This document shows positions 17,955 to 25,523 of a stretch of 64,000 nt of DNA, piece by piece; the stretch's first letter is position 1, and the number at the start of each line of letters is the position of its first letter. The translations under genes and the position numbers were made by a program. This DNA is from Verrucomicrobiia bacterium (lineage in GTDB: Bacteria; Verrucomicrobiota; Verrucomicrobiia; Limisphaerales; UBA11358): NCBI GenBank assembly GCA_036489615.1, contig DASXFM010000562.1, positions 4,002-68,001 of the forward strand, read 5' to 3'. The notes under the pieces are model-generated. The model made no database searches and was not told the origin of the DNA. It saw only the letters and a list, made by a program, of their open reading frames with translations.

Positions 17955-19292
17955 TTAGACAGAAAGGATTTCAACATTGTCCGCCAGCGCCTCAAATGAC
18001 GGATGGCACGCCGGGCGGCACTTTAAATCAGGCAAAATGATGGATCCCCAGCCGCGGGGCCATTCAGCTACGGTGCCGCCGTCGCCTTCTTCGGGGCGGA
18101 CTTCGAAAGCGAGGGTTTCAACGATGGTGTCAAAATCCACCATGCCAACGCGATGATCGCCTTTCCCAATGGACACTCCGCAGCAGTAGCGGCCGTGCGC
18201 CAGCCGCGGGCGGGGTATAGAAATCTCAAATTCCGACTCTTCACCCTGGTTCAAGCCGGGCCTTTCGGTCCCGAAACAGGTTCCGACAGGAACGCCTTCC
18301 GGCGTGAAAATCGTCATGCTGAAACGAATGCGTTGCACAGTTTCATTCGCTCGAACCCTGGCAATAAATTGAAAGTCTTCGTCCGGGGAAAAAATGGGAA
18401 CCGGACGATCAAAACGAAATGAAATAAAGCGCACGGCTTCAGTGCCCGGGTATTTTCGCGGCGCGTTTTCGACCGGGAAGAATATGGTGGAATCGTTACC
18501 GATGGTGCCGGCGTATTCCTCTACGGCCTTTTCGGTTGGCCCATTGAAAATGACGCGCCCTTTGTCCAGCACCACCGCCCGGCTTGTTAATTGCAGGACC
18601 GCGGACATGTTGTGGCTGACGAACAGGACCGTGCGACCATGGTTTCGGGAAACCTCCTGCATTTTGCCGAGGCATTTCTTCTGGAAGGCGCTGTCGCCGA
18701 CGGCGAGCACTTCATCCACGATTAAAATCTCCGGTTCCAGATGGGCCGCCACGGCAAAAGCCAATCGGACATACATGCCGCTGGAATAGCGCTTTACCGG
18801 GGTATCGAGAAATTTTTCCACCTCTGAAAACGCGACAATTTCGTCAAATTTCCGTTTAATCTCCGCGCGCGTCATCCCGAGAATCGCGCCGTTGAGGAAA
18901 ATATTTTCCCGCCCGGTCAATTCCGCGTGAAAGCCGGTGCCTACTTCCAACAGGCTGGCGACCCGGCCGGTGATTTCAATGCGGCCCCGGGTGGGTTCAG
19001 TGATGCGGCTGAGAATTTTCAATAAGGTCGATTTACCCGCGCCGTTGCGGCCAATAACGGCCACCACTTCACCGGCCTTGACGTCAAATGAGGCGTCGGC
19101 CAGGGCCCAGAAATGTTCGTCCTGGACTTTTTTGCTTTTCCACCACGCCAGGGGATTGCGCACGGCGTATTCGATGGCATGGCGCAAACCGGGCGGATTG
19201 TATTTCATGACGCCGGTGGCGCCGTTCAGATGGCCAATGGAATAGCATTTGGAAAGATTTTTGACGGCGATGACTGTATCGGAGTGCGGCAT
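17955..19292 (-). CDS. wzt: polysaccharide ABC exporter ATP-binding protein with C-terminal glycan-binding-like domain (Wzt type)
   Basis: Walker A GRNGAGKST, signature YSSGM, Walker B ILIVDE. A further ~190-aa beta-rich C-terminal extension resembles Wzt C domains. Confidence 0.9.
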   Translation of the reverse strand: MPHSDTVIAVKNLSKCYSIGHLNGATGVMKYNPPGLRHAIEYAVRNPLAWWKSKKVQDEHFWALADASFDVKAGEVVAVIGRNGAGKSTLLKILSRITEPTRGRIEITGRVASLLEVGTGFHAELTGRENIFLNGAILGMTRAEIKRKFDEIVAFSEVEKFLDTPVKRYSSGMYVRLAFAVAAHLEPEILIVDEVLAVGDSAFQKKCLGKMQEVSRNHGRTVLFVSHNMSAVLQLTSRAVVLDKGRVIFNGPTEKAVEEYAGTIGNDSTIFFPVENAPRKYPGTEAVRFISFRFDRPVPIFSPDEDFQFIARVRANETVQRIRFSMTIFTPEGVPVGTCFGTERPGLNQGEESEFEISIPRPRLAHGRYCCGVSIGKGDHRVGMVDFDTIVETLAFEVRPEEGDGGTVAEWPRGWGSIILPDLKCRPACHPSFEALADNVEILSV

Positions 19293-19311
19293 AATATTTC
19301 AGGACCGGTGA

Positions 19312-20130
19312 CTAGATGATGTCGGCAAACGTGCGTTCCGTGTTTCTGAAATATCGGATACCGCTGAGGAGCAGCAGCATGGTGACGCCCGTGGAGAGCA
19401 AAAGTTCGGACAGTTGAACGGAGTTTCCGCCTCCCAGGAGGCACCAGCGAAAGCCGTCGATGATACCCACGGTGGGATTGAGTGAACAGGCAATGCGCAA
19501 CGTTTCGTGGGCGTGCTGCCTGATGGGAATCACACCTGAAACGAAAACACCAAACTGAACAATAAACGGCACCACAAACCGAAAATCACGATATTTTACT
19601 GTCAAAGCAGCGATCCAAAATCCCACGCCTGTCGCCAGGGCAAAATCGAGCAACACGAATAATGGAATAAAAACAATCTGCCGGGGGGGCGCGACGTGAT
19701 AGTAAAACATGAGGGGGAGCAGAAACACGGCGGCAATGAGGAAATCCATGAAACTGACGATGACGCTGCTGGCCGGGACGACGAGGCGGGGAAAATAGAT
19801 TTTTGAAATGAGGTTGGAATTATTGACCAGGCTGTTGCCGCTTTCCGACATGGCGGTCGAAAAAAATTGCCACGGGAGCAGGCCGCAAAAATAAAACAGC
19901 AAAGGCGGCGCTCCACCGGTGGGAAAGCTGCCGGCCTTCCCGACCAGCGTGATGGCGACCAGCATGAGCAGCGGACGAATCAGCGCCCAGGCAATTCCGA
20001 CCGCGGTCTGCTTATAGCGAATCAAAAAATCGCGCCACGCGAGCAGATAGAATAGCTCCCGGAATCTCCAAAGATCCCGCCAATATTGCCGTTCGGTATG
20101 ACCGGCTTCGATTACCAAAGTTGCAGACAT
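19312..20130 (-). CDS. wzm: ABC-2 type polysaccharide exporter permease (Wzm type)
   Basis: Six predicted TM segments and the ABC-2 N-terminal motif (YWRDLWRFRELFYLLAWRDFLIRYKQT). Start set at the internal ATG 20130. Confidence 0.85.
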   Translation of the reverse strand: MSATLVIEAGHTERQYWRDLWRFRELFYLLAWRDFLIRYKQTAVGIAWALIRPLLMLVAITLVGKAGSFPTGGAPPLLFYFCGLLPWQFFSTAMSESGNSLVNNSNLISKIYFPRLVVPASSVIVSFMDFLIAAVFLLPLMFYYHVAPPRQIVFIPLFVLLDFALATGVGFWIAALTVKYRDFRFVVPFIVQFGVFVSGVIPIRQHAHETLRIACSLNPTVGIIDGFRWCLLGGGNSVQLSELLLSTGVTMLLLLSGIRYFRNTERTFADII

Positions 20131-20141
20131 AGTCTTTGCGA

Positions 20142-21179
20142 TTAATATCCCAATTGAAAGAGAGTCCTGTCCCAGGCCCGGACGGCGGAACGGATCATAG
20201 AATGTTTGAAATGGGGCAGCGATTTTTGGGCCCAATAGGCTGTGCTACTTCCAAATACACGCATCCAGGCGAATTTCCAGCGCAACGGTTCCACGAGACT
20301 CAAGCAACGGTTCAAACACCCGATTTTACCTCCCAGCGACCCGGCCATGGCCTGCATTTGCTCAATGATGTCCGTTCTGTGCGGATCGAACATGGTGACC
20401 CAGGTCTGCAGAAAGCGGATCGCGGCATTGTGAGTCCGCTCGGTGTCTTCCAGTTGCAGCAGATATCGAATGTGCATCCGGATAGAAAGCCACGCCGATT
20501 CCAACTTTTTGTTCGAGCTGTCCACAGTGCTCAGGCTTCCAGGGCCACTTGTCCGGTAATACGTTTTGGCGCCTCGAACGAAGGCCACACCCTGGCTTTG
20601 CGCGATGACCCTGCAAAAATATTCTCCATCGTCATCAAATGACAGCCGTTCGTCCCACGGCCCGGCTGCCTCGGAGAGTTCACGACTGACCAGCCAGCTT
20701 CCGGGTTGCATCCATACATTCAACGTCATTTTTCGCAGCAGCCATTCGAGGGGCGACTGGTTCTGCCACAGCGGCGTGGGGATAAACTGCGCCCGCCTTG
20801 TCCGGTACAGAAACCGTCCCCATTCTGACGACAATAATAACAGCGGGTTTTTGGCGATTTCGGCAATTTCCAATTGCCGCGAAACCTTGTCCGGGGCGAG
20901 TACATCATCGGCGTCCAGCCATTGAATATAATCGCCTCGGCACAGTGAATAGGCATGGTTTCGAGCGGCGGACGCGCCGCGATTCGGTTGTGAAATCACC
21001 TTCACGCCCTCTTTTGAGAACTTCGAGGCGATGGACAACGTGTGGTCTGTTGAACCGTCGTCGACAACAATTATTTCCTTGCGCGGCCAGATTTGGCGCA
21101 AGGCGGAAGTGATTGCGGCGGCGATCCATTGTTCAGCGTTGTAGGCCGGAGTGAGAATTGAGACTAAGGGCTCTTTCAT
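20142..21179 (-). CDS. family 2 glycosyltransferase
   Basis: LVSILTPAYNAEQWI...IIVVDDGSTD...WLDADD motifs. Paralogous to 37269-38285 (similar length and C-terminal region). Confidence 0.85.
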   Translation of the reverse strand: MKEPLVSILTPAYNAEQWIAAAITSALRQIWPRKEIIVVDDGSTDHTLSIASKFSKEGVKVISQPNRGASAARNHAYSLCRGDYIQWLDADDVLAPDKVSRQLEIAEIAKNPLLLLSSEWGRFLYRTRRAQFIPTPLWQNQSPLEWLLRKMTLNVWMQPGSWLVSRELSEAAGPWDERLSFDDDGEYFCRVIAQSQGVAFVRGAKTYYRTSGPGSLSTVDSSNKKLESAWLSIRMHIRYLLQLEDTERTHNAAIRFLQTWVTMFDPHRTDIIEQMQAMAGSLGGKIGCLNRCLSLVEPLRWKFAWMRVFGSSTAYWAQKSLPHFKHSMIRSAVRAWDRTLFQLGY

Positions 21180-22410
21180 GGTCTTGTTCGATTTTCGAAT
21201 CAAGCCCCGGGTCTGTCTCACGGATGATCTGGGAATAGGCTGTGATTATTATGTTGGCTATTTTGGTCCAGGAATGCTTTTCCCTTACAAAATGTTGGAT
21301 TTCGGGTCGTCGGTTTTCCAATTGGCGGAAAAGATTGCTTTGAAAATATTTGCGAATGCAGCGCGCCAGCGCGGCGGAATTTCCCGCCTCGCAAGTGAAT
21401 CCGGTTTCGCCTTCGAGAACTTCTTCCTTCAATGAGCCGGCATCCGTGGCGATCGCCGGAAGTCCAAAGCTATAGGATAAAAACAGGACGCCGCTTTGGA
21501 AGATGCACACATACGGCAGGACAAGAACGTCGGCGGCTTTAAAATAGAGCTCCGTGTCAGCTTCGGAGATATATTCAATCTTTTGAATAATGCGGTCTGC
21601 GTGAGGGCCGGCCGCGATTCGGGATTCAATCTGCTTCCAATAATTTTTTGGTCCCCTGGGTCGTCCGGCGATAATTAATCGAAGAGACGGATCTTCCGTC
21701 GCAACGGCGTCGAAGGCGTCGACGAGGTATTCCACTCCTTTGTAGGGGGCGATGTGGCCGTAAAAGAGAACGACCTTGTCCTGGGCTGTCAGACCAAGCC
21801 GCCGACGGGCTTCGGATCCTTTCAACGTTGTGTTCGGGGCCATATTGTTCCAGCCGTACGGAATCAGGACAACTTTTTCGGCGGGAACGTCGAAATTGCC
21901 GATCAGGTCAGCCTTCATTTTCTGTGTATGAACGAAAATGCGGTCGCAGAGCCGATATTGGAATTTAAGGGTGGCCCGGTTGAGAAATGAATCGTATCCG
22001 TCACGCACGCCTGCGTTGACATTGTGCGCCGTCAACGTGATTTTTTTGCCGAGCAATTTGTAGAAGGCCATCAGCGCCGTGCGATCGAAGAATTCAAACT
22101 TGTTGTTCCACAAAATGTGAAAGATTTTCGCGCGGGAGGTGGCCGCGTAACGGAACAAACGAATGTAGTAGGCGAGCACGCGAAAGGTCTTTTTGGGAAG
22201 GGTGGCGCCGGTGCTCTGATCTCCGCGCAAATTCAGGAAATTAACTCGCGGCGAGGTTCGGAGTTCCTCGCTTTCGAGGTCGTCGCTGCCAACGAAATCA
22301 AGTTTTTGCCCGGCGTCCGCCAGGGAGGATGCGAAACCCAGCGTGTAATGCCGGTCACGGCCTGCCGTCAGTACGCTGATGCGCGCGTCGAAATGTTTTT
22401 GATTAGTCAT
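21133..22410 (-). CDS. family 4 (GT-B) glycosyltransferase
   Basis: 425 aa. GT4 C-terminal region (VLVLPYVCIFQSGVLFLSYSFGLPAIATDAGSLKEEV). Confidence 0.85.
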   Translation of the reverse strand: MTNQKHFDARISVLTAGRDRHYTLGFASSLADAGQKLDFVGSDDLESEELRTSPRVNFLNLRGDQSTGATLPKKTFRVLAYYIRLFRYAATSRAKIFHILWNNKFEFFDRTALMAFYKLLGKKITLTAHNVNAGVRDGYDSFLNRATLKFQYRLCDRIFVHTQKMKADLIGNFDVPAEKVVLIPYGWNNMAPNTTLKGSEARRRLGLTAQDKVVLFYGHIAPYKGVEYLVDAFDAVATEDPSLRLIIAGRPRGPKNYWKQIESRIAAGPHADRIIQKIEYISEADTELYFKAADVLVLPYVCIFQSGVLFLSYSFGLPAIATDAGSLKEEVLEGETGFTCEAGNSAALARCIRKYFQSNLFRQLENRRPEIQHFVREKHSWTKIANIIITAYSQIIRETDPGLDSKIEQDHERALSLNSHSGLQR

Positions 22411-22418
22411 GCGGTTCT

Positions 22419-24203
22419 TTAGTCGCGAGGAAGGTCCCGAAACAGCAGGCGTTCGACAGCTGCAAGTGTCAGCACAGCGTTAATTTCGAGCGAATGATTC
22501 CTTCTTTTCTCAATGTGTTCGGCAGCCATGAGTTCCAGAAACCGGGGATCAAAAAAGTTGTCGAGACGATGTTTTGCGGCCGCCACGGTTTCACGGACAT
22601 AAGGTCCAAATTCATTTTGAAGCCAGCTGCGATAGTGCAGAAACTTGTGAAGCCCGACGAATCCAAGCCGGGTACTTGCGCTCTTCAGCAGCGGCTCGAA
22701 CGGAGCAAGAGCCCGGGGAAAACCTTCGTTATTATAGTAATCAAGTTTGAAGGTCACTTCAGCGAAAAGCCGGCGGGATAGGAATCCCAGACCGGAATTA
22801 GCGTTGGCAAAACCCCGGTCTGTGGGAATTTCGCATAACGCGGCATTGTTTGCGCTGACGACCCGCAGGGAGGGCATCGAGGAGTTTCGCGACGGGGCCG
22901 GCGCCTGAAATGCCAGAGCAACGAGTTCGTTATCCAAATAGGGCGTGCGAAATTGAAGCTGAGACCAGCCGGCAGACAGGTTTCCATACAGATTCCAGGG
23001 GATTTCCTTAAAAGCCGCAAAGGTCATCGGATGCGATTTTCCTGCCGACAGTCGCCCGGGGCGTGATTGTATAATTGGCCGCCAATTGGGCCTTAATAGC
23101 TGCGGTGAAAGATAAAGCGGCTTAAAGGTGGAAATGCCGCGCAAAATTTCGCTACCGTAATTTCCCGTTAATCGCACCGGCGCGAACTCCCTGGCTTTGC
23201 GATTAAAGTAGGTTTCATGCGCGTTGCAAACCCCGGCGCAACCGTCCGTGGCAAATACGGTTTTGTCCACGTGCTCCGGGAATTTCGAAAAGAAGTCCGG
23301 CTCCAACCGCAATAGACTGTGTTCCAGGTTTGACGCCGCGGCCACCCGGGCGGCGATTTTATCATCCTGTGTTTGGCCATTGTTGCCCGAGAATGTGTAG
23401 CAGGTCGTATGTCCATTGTTTTGCGGACGGCAGGCCATGATCATTCGCGTATCCAGCCCGCCGGTCAATGCGATGCCGGTCCTGGAGTCCGATTCGAAAT
23501 ATCGCGGCAAAATCCGCCTGAACGTTTCCGGAAGAAGCTTTTCGTATTCGTCGGTCCCGAGTTCGGAGCGCGATTCCCACATTTCAGGGGAAAAATATTT
23601 CCCCCTATGGCAACGTCCGCCCTCAAACGTCCAAACCGATCCGCCGGGAACAATTTCAATTCCGCGGAACAACGTCCTCCAATCCAGGGTGCTGCCAAAG
23701 GTGAGGTAGTCGGCGACACCTTCGGGGTCGAATTCGCGCAGTTCGGGCAAAATCCGCAGCAGCGCCTTGGCTTCGCTGGCAAAATAGAAGTTTCCGTCGC
23801 TTTCATGAAAATAAATGCGCCGCATTCCGTAACGGTCATTGAACAGGAGTACTTTCTTTCGGTCCTTGTCGATCAACACACCGCAGAAAAGCCCGTTGAG
23901 TTTTTCGAGCATTCCTTCGCCTTCCTGTTCGTACATCCGGGTCAATATTTCCCCGTTTGCGAGGGCGGTCCCGACAAAGCATTCGCCAGAGAATACGAGC
24001 ACAGTGGTCCCGCCCTGGTGTGAATAGATCCCATCAGTGGAATCTTTGAATCCGACAAAGGCGGCATGGGTTCCCATTTCAGACACGGAGCATGTTTGGG
24101 ATTTGTAAAAGTCTTCGTGGGTCATGGCTCCGACCATGGCAGCTATCCGGCGCGAAGACTGTTCAGCAGGCGATTGGCTGATGATCCCTAAGATTCCTGG
24201 CAT
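22419..24203 (-). CDS. asparagine synthase-family protein lacking the N-terminal nucleophile cysteine
   Basis: 594 aa. The verified ATG start gives MPGILGI, where AsnB enzymes have MCGI. The ATP-pyrophosphatase loop is retained as TGGLDT. Confidence 0.85.
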   Translation of the reverse strand: MPGILGIISQSPAEQSSRRIAAMVGAMTHEDFYKSQTCSVSEMGTHAAFVGFKDSTDGIYSHQGGTTVLVFSGECFVGTALANGEILTRMYEQEGEGMLEKLNGLFCGVLIDKDRKKVLLFNDRYGMRRIYFHESDGNFYFASEAKALLRILPELREFDPEGVADYLTFGSTLDWRTLFRGIEIVPGGSVWTFEGGRCHRGKYFSPEMWESRSELGTDEYEKLLPETFRRILPRYFESDSRTGIALTGGLDTRMIMACRPQNNGHTTCYTFSGNNGQTQDDKIAARVAAASNLEHSLLRLEPDFFSKFPEHVDKTVFATDGCAGVCNAHETYFNRKAREFAPVRLTGNYGSEILRGISTFKPLYLSPQLLRPNWRPIIQSRPGRLSAGKSHPMTFAAFKEIPWNLYGNLSAGWSQLQFRTPYLDNELVALAFQAPAPSRNSSMPSLRVVSANNAALCEIPTDRGFANANSGLGFLSRRLFAEVTFKLDYYNNEGFPRALAPFEPLLKSASTRLGFVGLHKFLHYRSWLQNEFGPYVRETVAAAKHRLDNFFDPRFLELMAAEHIEKRRNHSLEINAVLTLAAVERLLFRDLPRD

Positions 24204-24242
24204 AATGACTGGGTTTCTAGTGTGGTTTTGAGTTGGATAAAT

Positions 24243-24318
24243 TGGAGCCGGCGGGAGGAATTGAACGCTCCAGCCTGCTGATTACAGATCAGCCGCTCTA
24301 ACGTTGAGCTACACCGGC
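24243..24318 (-). tRNA. non-canonical tRNA-Thr(UGU)-like gene, copy 1 (CCA encoded)
   Basis: The minus strand folds as GCCGGUG-UA-GCUC-AACGUUA-GAGC-G-GCUGA-UCUGUAA-UCAGC-AGGCU-GGAG(C)G-UUCAAUU-CCUCC-CGCCGGC-U-CCA. It has a 7-bp acceptor stem, 4-bp D stem, 5-bp anticodon stem and a canonical UUCAAUU T loop. Deviations: no G18G19, C33, and a bulged C in the T stem. Confidence 0.7.
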
Positions 24319-24432
24319 GCAAAATTGAATTATGTCGCGATTTTCCGTATCTGTTTCGAGGCGCAACCGTTGTCTATTTCCTGGGGCAAATTTCCCGGGT
24401 TGGCCGTCATATTCATGATTGGTTGGATAAAT

Positions 24433-24508
24433 TGGAGCCGGCGGGAGGAATTGAACGCTCCAGCCTGCTGATTACAGATCAGCCGCTCTAACGTTGAGCT
24501 ACACCGGC
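24433..24508 (-). tRNA. non-canonical tRNA-Thr(UGU)-like gene, copy 2 (CCA encoded)
   Basis: 76/76 identical to copy 1 and exactly 190 bp away. Its 5' end lies 13 nt downstream of the stop codon of the FemAB-like GNAT gene. Confidence 0.7.
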
Positions 24509-24520
24509 GTAAAAATTGAA

Positions 24521-25519
24521 TTATGTCGCGCTTTCCCTTGCCTCATCCAGGGGCTTTGATGAAACCTTTGACCTTCTTTCGTTGAGCCAGCTTCTAGCGT
24601 TGACGGCTATATTCAAAACACGTGACGGCAACAGGCCGGTGGCACCCCGGTGCAGACGCAACGCCACGGCAATTTTCCCTTTCCATGTCAATGGCACATA
24701 ATAGCGGGGAAAATTGATTTGCTCGAAGCCGTTGCGGCGCTTGAGTTCTACCAATGAACTTTGGGTTTTGTTTCCGTAAGTATATTGGCCGTAGACCAGG
24801 TATCCGGCGTTCCTTTGCTCACAGACTTCGACGGCCTTGGCGATCAGCGCGTTGATCGGCCGTTTGTCATAATGCGCATTTGCTCCCAGGATGTGCAAAA
24901 TATGGGCCACGCGGTCCACATAGACGATTTTGATGAACCCAATGAGTTCATTTTCGAAAAAGGCCCCGATAAAATCGCTACGCTCCAAAAACGTTGAATG
25001 CTCGCGTTTGACCGTTTCGAAATCCTTGCCAAAGTGCCAAAAGGGTTTGCCCTGGCGGACCGGTGTTTCGTTGCAAAGATTGTGAATGCCGCGCGCCAAT
25101 TCATCGTTGAAGGGAACCAAATTGACCGTCACACCGCGCTTGGCGGAGCGGCGAACATTCTTTCGTGTTTCCTGCGGCAGGCGTTCCCACCATTCCTTAA
25201 ACGTGGTAATCGGAACCGTGGCAAAATTGTCCCATTCATAGTGAAATTTAAACTTTGGCGCCACGTCGGGCGGCCTCTGCGAGAACGTAAGAAAATCCGC
25301 TTTTAAGTTGCTCTGTTTTAATGCCCGCAGAAATGAGTCCGGACTCTTAACGATTTCGCCTTCGACAAAGTTCTGGTCCTGAATGGCCGCGGTTTTGAGC
25401 CATTTGCCGGTGACAATGACTGTCCGGCCGTCGATGACAGCCGATGGGACGAATGCCGTCTTTCCGCGAACGCGGATTTCGGCAACGCTGTTGGGAATTG
25501 AAATGGAATTTGCAGGCAT
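24521..25519 (-). CDS. FemAB-like GNAT (Acetyltransf_6-type) protein with a distinct ~100-aa N-terminal domain
   Basis: Motifs typical of Fem/aminoacyl-transferase-like GNATs: WWERLPQETRKNVRRSAKRGVTV and ILGANAHYDKRPINALIAKAVEVCEQRNAGYLVYG. The ATG at 25519 is preferred over the TTG at 25591. Confidence 0.8.
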   Translation of the reverse strand: MPANSISIPNSVAEIRVRGKTAFVPSAVIDGRTVIVTGKWLKTAAIQDQNFVEGEIVKSPDSFLRALKQSNLKADFLTFSQRPPDVAPKFKFHYEWDNFATVPITTFKEWWERLPQETRKNVRRSAKRGVTVNLVPFNDELARGIHNLCNETPVRQGKPFWHFGKDFETVKREHSTFLERSDFIGAFFENELIGFIKIVYVDRVAHILHILGANAHYDKRPINALIAKAVEVCEQRNAGYLVYGQYTYGNKTQSSLVELKRRNGFEQINFPRYYVPLTWKGKIAVALRLHRGATGLLPSRVLNIAVNARSWLNERRSKVSSKPLDEARESAT

Positions 25520-25523
25520 AGAA

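Larger units (their letters stand above)
24232..24536 (-). repeat. two-copy tandem duplication (190-bp period) carrying the tRNA-like gene with conserved leader and trailer
   Basis: Conserved blocks at 24232-24346 and 24422-24536. Each holds the trailer GTTGGATAAA, the 76-nt tRNA and a ~28-nt leader (TTGAATTATGTCGCG...). The leader includes the last codons and TAA stop of the upstream ORF. Confidence 0.85.

Noticed and set aside
24243-24508. The tRNA duplication as attL/attR scars of an integrated mobile element.
   Set aside because: Integration normally duplicates only the 3' part of a tRNA and leaves cargo with an integrase between the copies. Here both copies are full length and identical. 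They are 114 nt apart with no coding capacity between them, and no integrase occurs anywhere in the window. This remains a formal alternative for the origin of the duplication.
24232-24536. Possible CRISPR-like or satellite repeat (identical 76-nt units with a spacer).
   Set aside because: There are only two copies. The repeat folds as a complete cloverleaf with CCA rather than a CRISPR repeat hairpin. The spacer of ~114 nt is far longer than CRISPR spacers, and no cas genes are present.
24692-24706. TGGCAC-containing strings inside genes (also at 27535-27549, 28854-28868, 29215-29229 and 37687-37701).
   Set aside because: They are on the plus strand inside minus-strand coding sequence. They also lack a properly spaced TTGC -12 element, so they are chance matches.
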